Source: Chiloscyllium plagiosum
Lineage: Eukaryota
Assembly (NCBI RefSeq): GCF_004010195.1
Contig: NC_057720.1
Coordinates: 12,636,846-12,661,951, forward strand
DNA: 25,106 nucleotides
Direction of reading: 5' to 3'
The translations under genes and the position numbers were made by a program. How positions within the stretch are numbered: position 1 is the first letter of the stretch; the number at the start of each line of letters is the position of its first letter. Shown one piece after another: positions 1 to 8,520 of the stretch. The notes beneath the pieces were generated by a model that was given only the letters and a program-made list of their open reading frames with translations, ran no database searches and was not told the origin of the DNA.

Positions 1-53
1 TCAGTTCCTCACTCCTCAGATGTTGCCAGTTCTGTCACGTGGGCTGTACAGGT

Positions 54-334
54 GGGACAACGGCTCAGTGGTTAGCACTGCTGCCTGCCAGCAACAGGGA
101 CCAGTGTTTGATTCCAGCCTTGGGTACATGTGAGGTGTTTGCGCATTCTCTCCATGTCTACCAGGTCCTCTGGTTTCTTCTCACAGTCTAAAGATTGCAA
201 GTTGGGTGGATTAGCCATCAGAGGTGCAAGGGCAGGGTGATGGAATGGGTCTGGGTGGGATGCCCCTCACAGGGTCAGTGTTGGTTCAATGGGCTAAATG
301 GTCTAATTTTGAACTGTACAGATTCTATGATTCT
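54..334 (+). mobile_element. tRNA-derived V-SINE (HE1-like shark SINE)
   Basis: A-box-like GGCTCAGTGGTTAGCACT, degenerate B-box GTTTGATTCC, V-domain-like core (GCATTCTCTCCATGTCT...GGTTTC...CACAGTCTAAAGA), CR1-type tail GATTCTATGATTCT; homologous to 13512-13866 and 14430-14678. Confidence 0.85.
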
Positions 335-457
335 CATTTCGGTTCTTATGATTAAACTGCTGCAGGGTTATGGATAGAGATGTTGTTTTGTGGTGGGGAC
401 TATATTTGATGCTAGTCCACTGTCAATCAAATTGTGTGATGACAATGGCAATGAGCT

Positions 458-908
458 AAACAGAAGGTGGTGTGCACAGCCCAGACCATCATGCAAGCCA
501 ACCTCCAATCCACGGACTCCATTTACACCACCCGTGGTCACAGAAAGGCTACCAACATCATCAAAGACCCATCACACCCCGGTAATGATCTGCTACAACC
601 TCTTCCATTAGGCAGAAGAAACAGAAGCTTGAACAAAAACACCAGCAAGTTCAGGAACAGCTTCTTCCCTGCCATTATTAGACTGATGAATGGACTCTCT
701 TAACTTCAAATAATGCTGATCTTGCTAATGTTGACCTTGCCTAGCATGCACCCTGGGTGATGTAACTTGTATGCCTCTGTCTAGTGTTTTCCACCCTGTG
801 ATCTGTATGTTCCTGCTTATTATGATCTGCCTGTACTGCTCGTAAACAAAGCTTATCACTGTATTTAGGTACACGTGGCAATAAATTAATCCAATCAAAT
901 CAGATCAA
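458..908 (+). mobile_element. Rex1/Babar-type LINE 3' end (ORF2 C-terminus and 3' UTR)
   Basis: ORF 467-703 reads IIKDPSHPG..LLQPLPLGRRNRSL...TSKFRNSFFPAIIRLMN, typical of the Rex1/Babar C-terminus; AATAAA followed by a CAATCAAATCA-type tail at about 880-908. Confidence 0.8.
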
Positions 909-1049
909 GTGGCTGTTGTCTGAAATTAGCTAAAATTGCAGATACCATGATTTGCTATTCATCAACCTGGAGGTTAACAGCTTCTTTTTCTCTCTGTAGA
1001 TGTTGTGTGTTTCCCACAATTCTGCTTCTATACCAATGTGCTACAGGAC

Positions 1050-1600
1050 AGTGGATGATCCATCTCATCCTCTAGTGGTCCCCAGCATTACAGACTTCAG
1101 CCATATCGATTTGCACCACGTGATATTAAGAAATGGTTGGAGGAACCGGATGCTGCAAAGGCTATGGCCCCTGACAACATTCCGGCAATAGTACTAAAGA
1201 CTTGAGCTTCAGAACTTGCCACACCGCAAACAAATTGTTCCAGTACAGCTACAACACTTGCATCTACTGTGGAACATTTCCCAGTTATGTCCTGCACATA
1301 AAAAGCAGGACAAATCTAACCCAGTCAATTATTGCCCCATCAGTCTACTCTTGATCATCAGCAAACTGTTGGAAGGTGTCAGCAACAGCGCTATCAAGCA
1401 GCACCTGCTCAGCAATAACCTACTCAGTGACGCTCAATTTGGGTTCCACCAGGGCCACTCAGCTCCTGACCTCAGTACAGCCTTGGTTCAAACATGGACA
1501 AAAGAGCTGAATTCCAGAGGGGAGGGGAGAGTGACATCCCTTGACATCAAGGCTGCATTCGACCAAATGTGGTATGAAAGAGGCACAGCAAAATTGGAAT
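1050..1600 (+). mobile_element. CR1-clade LINE family A, RT N-terminal part (interrupted at 1601)
   Basis: KAMAPDNIP, DKSNPVNYCPISLL..ISKLLE, QFGFHQGHS, LDIKAAFD motifs of non-LTR RT domains 0-3; frameshifted. Confidence 0.85.
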
Positions 1601-2454
1601 CAGGATCTTGATCAGATGGGCCAATGGGCTGAGAAGTGGCAGATGGAGTTTAATTCAGATAAATGTGAGGTGCTGCATTGTGGGAAAGCAAATCTTAGCA
1701 GGACTTATATACTTAATGGTAAGGTCCTAGGGAGTGTTGCTGAACAAAGAGAACTTGGAGTGCAGGTTCATTGCTCCTTGAAAGTGGAGTCGCAGGTAGA
1801 TAGGATAGTGACGAAGGCATTTGGTATGCTTTTATTGCTCAGAGCATTGAGTACAGGAGTTGAGAGGTCATGTTGCGGCTGTACAGGACATTGGTTAGGC
1901 CACTGTTGGAATATGGTGTGCGATTCTGGTCTCCTTCCTATTGGAAGGATGTTGTGAAACGTGAAAGGGTTCAGAAAGGATTTACAAGGATGTTGCCAGG
2001 GTTGGAGGATTTGAGCTATGGGGAGAGGCTGAACAGGCTGGAGCTGTTTTCCCTGGAGCGTCGGAGGCTGAGGGGTGACCTTATAGAGGTTTACAAAATT
2101 ATGAGGGTCATGGATAAGATAGATAGACAAGGTCTTTTCCCTGGGGTCGGGGAGTCCAGAACTAGAGGGCATAGGTTTAGGGTGAGAGGGGAAAGATTTA
2201 AAAGAGACCTAAGGGGCAACGTTTTCATGCAGAGGGTGGTACGTGTATGGAATGAGCTGCCAGAGGATGTGTTGGAGGCTGGTAAAATTGCAACTTTTAA
2301 AAGGCATTTGGACTGGTGTATGAATAGGAAGGGTTTGGAGGGATATCGGCCGGGTGCTGGCAGGTGGGACTAGATTGAGTTGGGATATCTAGTCAGAATG
2401 GATGGGTTAGGCCGAAGGGTCTGTTTCCATGCTGTACATCTCTATGACTCTATG
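1601..2454 (+). mobile_element. 5'-truncated HER1-like CR1 LINE nested in family A
   Basis: WAEKWQMEFNSDKCEVLH, LYRTLVRPLLEY..FWSP, RRRLRGDLIEVYKI, RTRGH, RVVRVWNELP; tail GGTCTGTTTCCATGCTGTACATCTCTATGACTCTATG. Confidence 0.95.
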
Positions 2455-3447
2455 CTAACAAAAGGGAATTTGGTTGTGTTTTTCAGAGGTCAATCATCTC
2501 AGCTTCAGGACATCTCTGCAGGACTTCCTCAGTGTAGTGTCCTAGGCCCAATGACATTCCATACATCACAAAATGGGAATGTTAACTGATGGTTACACAA
2601 TGTTCAGCACCATTCTCGATACCTCAGATACTGAAACAGACCATGTCCAATGCATGAAGACCTGACCAATATCGATGGTTGGGCTGAAATGTGGCAAATA
2701 ACATTTACATCACACAAATGTCAGGCACTATCTATCTCCAACAAGAGAGAGTCTAATCATCACCTCTTGACATTCATTGCCCTAGTCACCACTGATTCCT
2801 CTACTATCAACATTCTGGGGCTACCATTGACCAGAAATTGAATTGGACTCACCATATAAACACAGTGGTTACAAGAGCAGGTCAGAGGGTAGGAATCTGA
2901 CTACTGCTTCCCCAAAGCCACCATCTACAAGGTACAAGTCAGGAGTGTGATGGAATACTCCCCACTTGCCTGTTTGGGTGCAGTACCAACAACACTCAAG
3001 AAATGTGACACCATCCAGGACAAAGCAGCCCACTTGATTGCCACCACTTCCACAAACAGCTGCGCTCTCCACCAATGCTCAGGTAGCAGCATGTTTACCA
3101 TTTACAAGATGCACTGCAGAAAATCGCTAAGGTTCCTTAGACAGCACCTTCCAAACCCACAACCAATTCCATTTAAAAGAGCAAGGACAGTAGATACAAT
3201 GAAACACCGTGTCCCCTTCCAAGCCACTCACCATCCTGTCTTGGAAATATATCGCCGTTCCTTCACTGCCGCAGGATCAGGATCCTGGAACTGCCTCCCT
3301 AATGACTTTGTAGGTTAACCCAAATCAGTTGGACTGCAGCAGTTCAAGAAGGCAGCTCACCACCACCTTCTCAAAGGGCAACTAGGGACGGGCAATAAAT
3401 GCTGACCCGGCCAGCGACACCTATGTTCCACGAGTGAATAAAATAAA
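2455..3447 (+). mobile_element. CR1-clade LINE family A, RT C-terminal part and 3' tail
   Basis: Resumes at GQSSQLQDISAGLPQCSVLGP ([10 protein letters not shown] motif), WAEMWQITF..HKCQ, YKVQVRSVMEYS, SWNCLPN; ends GGGCAACTAGGGACGGGCAATAAATGCTG...GTGAATAAAATAAA. Confidence 0.85.
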
Positions 3448-3488
3448 TGACATAATATCAAGTTGTCATTGTAAACATAATTTGTGTT

Positions 3489-3528
3489 GCAGACGTTTCA
3501 TCCCTTGTCTAGGTGACATCCTCAGTGC
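3489..3528 (-). ncRNA. Minimal type I hammerhead ribozyme motif (left arm)
   Basis: Reverse complement reads GCA-CTGAGGA-T-GTCACCTAGACAAGGGAT-GAAAC-GTC-TGC: intact core with a weakened stem II. Confidence 0.55.
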
Positions 3529-3766
3529 TTGGGGGCCTCCTGTGAAGCGCTTCTGTGATCTTTCCTCCAGCATTTGTAGTGGTTTGAATCTGCCGCTTCT
3601 GGTTGTCAGTTCCGGCATTCATGCAGGAACCGGAGTTGTTCGTATGTGGCGCTTAGGCAGTTGGCATAGGATTCCCATTTGACAACTGACAACCGGAAGT
3701 GGCGGATTCAAACCACTACAAATGCCGGAGGAAAGATCACAGAAGCGCTTCACAGGAGGCTCCCAA

Positions 3767-3806
3767 GCACTGAGGATGTCACCTAGACAGGGGACGAAAC
3801 GTCTGC
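3767..3806 (+). ncRNA. Minimal type I hammerhead ribozyme motif (right arm)
   Basis: GCA-CTGAGGA-T-GTC.A.CCT-AGAC-AGG.G.GAC-GAAAC-GTC-TGC: CUGANGA, stem II, GAAA, palindromic ACGT stem III, GUC site, GCA/TGC stem I. Confidence 0.7.
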
Positions 3807-4596
3807 AACACAAATTCCCAGCTTGGCGAACAGAACCACAACAATGAGCACCCGAGCTACAAATCTTCTCACAAACATTGTAAACATAAATTTATTGCAG
3901 TAATCAGCTTGTTGTCATCTTACTATTGTGTGGTATGTTGTCTAATAGTTACATGTATAACAGGCACAATTCTTCAAGAACTATTAATAGCACATAAAAC
4001 ATTTCTTGGACAAGGTAGGCTCAAGACTTGTATTCTTTACAAAAGTGCAGACTCTCAACTATTTCACAATCCACTATTTGTATCCTGTTCCAAGTAAAAA
4101 ACATTTTTGGCAGAACATGTGAACACATTTTGTGTGGTTCCAGTAAACAGACTTAGTATAACGGGTGAGTGTAATGAGGTCTGTCATGTTTGGCAATACA
4201 GAAATTTCACTGTCAAAGTTTAAGCGGTGTGTTCATTTAATGCAGATTAAGAAGCACAAATTGGAAACAATACATGTTGGATGTTTAATTACAATAATCA
4301 GCATCATTCTGTCCTCAAGCACAATAATTTGTACAGACACATTTGGAAAGATTACCGCATTCTTTGCATTCTCAAACAAGGTAGCAATTACTTTAGGTCT
4401 TTACGAATTATAGGACAAATTGAATAATTGGGAACTGATTCAACTCAGAAACAAAGGTGAAAGAAAGGAACATGTAAACAAGCTGCTAGAACTCTCAAAG
4501 CCACAAGTGATGGAAATCCAGGGATATGTCGGCATTGAAGAAATAAACTGGTTAATTCCTGCAAACTCCTGCAAGCCTTTGATATCTGCGAATTTT

Positions 4597-4815
4597 GGGA
4601 GGTGATGGTGTAGTGGCATTGTCAATGGGCTTGTAGTTCAGAGATGCAGGGAGCATTCTAGGGCCCTGGCTTTGAACCTCACCATGGCTGGTGGTGGAGT
4701 TTGAATACAATCCAATATCAGGAATTGAATGCTTAATGATGACTGTGAATCAGTTGTTATAAGACCTCAGCTGGCTCACTAATGTCCTTTAGGTGAAGGA
4801 AAACTGCTGTCCTTA
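4597..4815 (+). mobile_element. tRNA-derived SINE family B, 3'-truncated at the LTR
   Basis: Homologous to 20856-21182 (GGTGATGG..TAGTGG, GGTGG..TTTGAA, CTGG.TCACTAATG.CCT..AGG.GAAGGAA). Confidence 0.75.
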
Positions 4816-4928
4816 TGGTTGTGATTGTAATGAGATCAGCCAGGTGGCCGGCATTAAATATGGGTTCGCTGATTGTGGCTGTCCCTGGACCAGTCAGGGA
4901 ATGCTGGCTGACAGAGATAAATAGGAGT
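4816..4928 (+). mobile_element. Gypsy-type LTR, 5' half (up to the AAACAGGAGT site)
   Basis: Aligns by eye to 13070-13183 (GTGATTGTAATGAG.TCAGCCA...CCA.TCAGGGA...CTGGCTGACAGA). Confidence 0.8.
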
Positions 4929-6387
4929 TTAGCACTACCGCAGTTAGGTGGTAGTGTGGGGGTAAAGGGGAAAAAAAACAGGAAAAAAATAAAAAGAAAT
5001 AAACAGGAGGGTCAGATATCCTGAGAGAAAAAAAAAACAGGAGTCTCAGCTGCACACACACAACATGTGTGCTGGGGAAAAAATAAGCACTACGGCAGTT
5101 GGGTGGTATTGTGGGGGTAAATTAAATAAAAAGAAAAACAGGCGTGTCAGAGGTTCTGTTCACTCTGAGAGCTGGCTCTTGAGGGAGCTGGATCAGTGTG
5201 TGTGTGAAGGACTCTCCTCTTGATTGTATCAGAGTGGAGGGGACTAAAAAAAATAAATAAACAGGAGTTTAGCACTACTGCAGTCAGGCGGTAGTGTGGG
5301 GGTAAAGGGAAAAAAGAAGAGAAAAAAACACAGGAAAAAAAGAAAGAAAATAAACAGAAGGGTCAGATATCTGGAGAGAAAAAAAACAGGAATCTCACCT
5401 GCACACATACAACATGGCTGCTGGGGAAAAATAGGCACTAAAAAAATTTTAAAAATAAACAGGAACATCAGTGTTTCTGTTTACTCTGAGAGCTGGCTCT
5501 GAGGGAGCTGGACCAGTGTCAAGGACTCTCCTTGTTTGTGTCAGAGGAGGGGACTGATTCTGAACTAGCTGGGAAAAAAAATAAACAGGACTTTAGCACT
5601 ACCGCAGTTAGGTGGTAGTGTGGGGGTAAAGGAAAAAAAAACTAAACAGGAGTTTTGATTTAATCCCTGCCCTCCCCATCACCTTTTTGATCACAGAGCA
5701 TTGCGCTTTAAGAAGGACACTGCTTGTCACGGCCAATTCCTTTATTGCCGGTGGTGGAAATCGAATAGTGAGTTGTACACCTGTTGGCGTTCACTGTGTC
5801 TCACACCTGCGCGCACACACAGTTGGGCAGTAGTGTGGGAGCTTTAGAAAAGGAAAAAAAGTGGAAAAAGAAAAAAAAAGCACAAAAGAAAAAAGAGATA
5901 AACAGGGAAGAGGTGGGCACCGTGGGATGAATAAAAAAAAGCAGGAGTTTTGGTTTAATCCCTGCCCTTCCACTCACTGTCTGATCACACACCATTGCCC
6001 CCTAAGAAGGGCACTGCTTGCCCCTGGCCACTCGGGTGTTTCCTTTCTTCCTGGTGGTGGAAACTGAATAAAGATTTGTGCACCTGTTGTCTTTCCCTAT
6101 GTCTCACACCTGCACACACACAACATAATAATAAAAAAAACAGGAGTTTTGATTTAATCCCTGTCCTCCCCTTCACTGTCTGATCATGCAGCATTGCCCT
6201 TTGATGTGAAGGGCACTGCTTGTCACTGGCCACTCGGGTGTTTCCTTTCTTCCTGGTGGTGGAATATAAATAAAGGTTGACACACTTGTTAAAAAAAAAC
6301 CCAAACAGACCTGAACATGGGTGCTGGGGAATATAAGCACCTCTGCTGCATGACAGTAGTGTAGGGGAAATAATAAAAAAGGAAAAT
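4929..6387 (+). repeat. Modular array of poly(A)-tailed, hairpin-terminated inserts inside the LTR
   Basis: Repeated CACTACCGCAGTTAGGTGGTAGTGTGGGGGT + A-tract; modules delimited by AAACAGGAGT variants; higher-order units 4929-5268 and 5269-5592; longer units start at 5654, 5949, 6148. Confidence 0.85.
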
Positions 6388-6519
6388 AAAAAGGAGCATC
6401 AGAGATTCTGTTCACCCTGAGAGCTGCCTCTGAGGGAGCTGGATTAGTGTTATCGACTCTCCACGTGTAAATAAATGGTGTCTTAGTGACAGCATTCCAG
6501 TCTCTGTGGAGTTATTTCA
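6388..6519 (+). mobile_element. Gypsy-type LTR, 3' half
   Basis: TCAGAGATTCTGTTCACCCTGAGAGCTG...GTGTAAATAAA...CTCTGTGGAGTTATTTCA; matches 13174-13304 and 8250-8380; ends in CA. Confidence 0.85.
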
Positions 6520-6520
6520 A

Positions 6521-7025
6521 ACCCATTACTAATTAAAAATCTGTCTATCTCCTACTTAAATTTACTTAATGTCCTGGCATCCACCACACTCTGGGGGAGT
6601 GAGTTCCACAGATTCGCAACTCTTTGACAGAAATAATTTCTCTCCATCTCTGTTTGAAACCTGCTACCACTTATCTTAAAACTATGCTCTCAAGTTCTAG
6701 AACTGTCCCACAGGAGGAACGATCCTCCTTATGTCTACTTTCTTATTCCCCTTTAGCATCTTTTATACTTTAGTTTGGTCTTCTCTCATGCTTCTAAACT
6801 TGAGAGGGTAGGGGCTTAATCTGCTCAATTTCTCTTCATAAGACATTCCCCTCTCCTCTGGAATCAGTCCAGTAAATCTCCTTTGAACTGCCCAGTGCAA
6901 CCACATCTCTCCTCAAGTAAGGAGACTAAAACTGTGTGCAACACTCCAGGTCCAGTCTCACTAATACAGTCACAGCAATAACTTGAACTTTATCCAAAAC
7001 TTTGCTGCCTGTACCTTAACCTTCA
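6521..7025 (-). mobile_element. Degraded CR1 LINE ORF2 C-terminal fragment
   Basis: Reverse complement matches the CR1 C-terminus seen at 12390-12794 (GAGTTCCACAGATTC = NLWNS, CTCTTCATA = YEE, AAAACTGTGTGCAACACTCCAGG = LECCTQF). Confidence 0.75.
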
Positions 7026-7136
7026 ATTTAAAAAAAAAAGTGTCAGAGGTTGTATTCACTCTGAGAGTTGACTCTGATGGAGCTGGATCAGTGTCAAGTA
7101 CTATACTGTGTAAATAAAGAGTGACTTAGTGAAGGG

Positions 7137-7356
7137 AGCTGAAAATGTGTTGCTGGAAAAGCGCAGCAAGTCAGGCAGCATCCAAGGAGCAGAAGAATCG
7201 ACGTTTCGGGTATGAGCCCTTCTTCAGGAATGAGGAAAGTGTGTCCAGCAGGCTAAGATAAAAGGTAGGGAGGAGGGACTTGGGGGAGGGGCGTTGGAAA
7301 TCCGATAGGTGGAAGGAGGTCAAGGTGAGGTGATAGGCCGGAGTGGGGGTGGGGGC
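7137..7356 (-). mobile_element. Penelope-like pseudo-LTR fragment
   Basis: Near-identical inverted copy of 7855-8046, which is attached to a GIY-YIG coding fragment. Confidence 0.85.
7197..7230 (-). ncRNA. Minimal hammerhead ribozyme motif
   Basis: Reverse complement reads CTGAAGA-A-GGG-CTCATA-CCC-GAAAC-GTC; core intact, stem I weak. Confidence 0.55.
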
Positions 7357-7664
7357 CCAGCCTCTGTGGAGTTATATCAGCTACTATCCTCCTACCTCTA
7401 TTAATATAAGATACCAGGCATCTCAAAGGCATTAGTGCATAAAGCATGTCTCCAAACGCCATGGAAAGCATAAATTGCCATGTGATGTACATCCAAATCT
7501 AAAATCAAACTAACAAGAGGCCACTTACCAAGTGTTGCTCTTTTGCTTGGTACAGACAAAACTTTATGCGGTCTTGCTTTCCATTGTTTCAAACACTCAC
7601 ACCCTGTGCCCTAATTTCTAGCTGCCAGTTTTAATGAACAAACACCGATGAGAGTTATTTTGTG

Positions 7665-8081
7665 GACAGGCCACCTACTTGCGGAACGTTTCAGAGAACA
7701 CCTCTGGGACACCCGGACCAACCAACCCAACCACCCCGTGGCTCAACACTTCAACTCCCCCTCCCACTCCACCAAGGACATGCAGGTCCTTGCACTCCTC
7801 CATCGCTAGACCATAGCAACACGACGGTTGGAGGAAGAGCGCCTCTCTCCCGCCTATCACCCTCACCTTAACCTCCTTCCACCTATCGCATTTCCAACGC
7901 CCCTCCCCCAAGTCCCTCCTCCCTACCTTTTATCTTAGCCTGCTGGACACACTTTCCCCATTCCTGAAGAAGGGCTCATGCCCGATTCTCCTGCTCCTTG
8001 GATGCTGCCTGACCTGCTGCGCTTTTCCAGCAACACATTTTCAGCTCTGATCCCCAGCATCTGCAGTCCTCATTTTCTCCT
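7665..8081 (+). mobile_element. Penelope-like element 3' fragment: GIY-YIG endonuclease remnant and pLTR
   Basis: Translates TGHLLAERFREHLWDTRTNQPNHPVAQHFNSPSHSTKDMQVLALLHR*TIATRRLEEERL (T.R.L..R..EH and PVA.HF motifs of PLE GIY-YIG); internal deletion near 7846; hammerhead at 7964 has lost AACGTCGA. Confidence 0.9.
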
Positions 8082-8230
8082 CATTAGTAATTTAGTGTCC
8101 TGTTGGCAACACAGTATTTGTTGCTTGGATTCTGCTTAAGCCAATATAGACAACAATGGAGTTGAAAGACAAAATGAATTCTATCCTCTTGTCATTTTCA
8201 CTTATGACATCTTTTGAGGCGAATGAATCC

Positions 8231-8248
8231 ATATATATATATATATAT
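8231..8248. repeat. (AT)9 microsatellite
   Basis: Direct reading. Confidence 0.95.
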
Positions 8249-8249
8249 A

Positions 8250-8380
8250 AAAAAGGAGTGTCAGAGGTTCAGTTCACTCTGAGAGCTGGGTCTGAGGGAG
8301 CTGGATCAGTGTCAAGTACTGTACCGTGTAAATAAAGAGTGACTTGGTGACGGGATACCAGTCTTCGTGGTGTTATTTCA
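8250..8380 (+). mobile_element. 5' LTR (3' half only) of a deleted Gypsy provirus
   Basis: Same LTR family, ends TTATTTCA and is immediately followed by a PBS-like sequence. Confidence 0.85.
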
Positions 8381-8394
8381 GTGGCGATCGGAGT
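8381..8394 (+). promoter_or_regulatory. Putative primer-binding site
   Basis: G-TGGCGATCGGAG directly after the LTR-terminal CA; TGG is complementary to tRNA CCA and resembles the TGGCGACGAG Gypsy PBS. Confidence 0.65.
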
Positions 8395-8520
8395 GGGATT
8401 AATGATGTAACCATGCAAAGTTACATACTAGCTGAACCCCAACTGGACTTCAAATAGGCACTACAATTGGCTTTGTCATTAGAAGATGCAGCAAGTGGAG
8501 TATATGAGTTCCAGGGTATT
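8395..8520 (+). pseudogene. gag: Gypsy gag fragment
   Basis: GINDVTMQSYILAEPQLDFK*ALQLALSLEDA resembles the GI.D..IQ..LLAE..L.F.KA...A...E.A helix of Gypsy Gag; one stop. Confidence 0.7.

Larger units (their letters stand above)
3481..3875 (+). mobile_element. Penelope-like element remnant: inverted pseudo-LTR pair with 14-bp flanking duplication
   Basis: 133-bp inverted arms 3479-3611 / 3684-3816; right arm has a 60-bp extension; direct repeat CATTGTAAACATAA at 3467-3480 and 3876-3889; hammerhead core in each arm. Confidence 0.85.
7030..7379 (+). mobile_element. Gypsy-type LTR 3' half, starting at the target motif after an A-tract and interrupted by a Penelope pLTR (7137-7356)
   Basis: A10-GTGTCAGAGGTTGTATTCACTCTGAGAG...GTGACTTAGTGAAGGG, resuming CCAGCCTCTGTGGAGTTATATCA. 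Confidence 0.8.

Noticed and set aside
5244..6067. Lys-rich and Phe-rich ORFs (5296-5502, 5244-5468, 5861-6067)
   Set aside because: Translations of A/T tracts in the array.
4929..6387. CRISPR-like or satellite array
   Set aside because: Units vary in length, intervening sequences are themselves repeated, A-tracts end the modules, the context is eukaryotic, and there are no cas genes.
4805..6530. TSD around the expanded LTR
   Set aside because: Flanks (CCTTA / AACCC) do not match and the interrupted SINE does not resume, so a simple solo-LTR insertion is not demonstrated.
7964..7990. Additional hammerheads at 7964, 9565, 13450, 16297, 18625, 20530, 20625, 24468
   Set aside because: Core nucleotides are mutated or deleted, or stem II is truncated, so they are not called as ribozymes.
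7653..8096. TSD for the GIY-YIG fragment (AGTTATTTTGTG versus AGTAATTTAGTG)
   Set aside because: Two mismatches in 12 AT-rich bases and offset from the element end; cannot be distinguished from chance.
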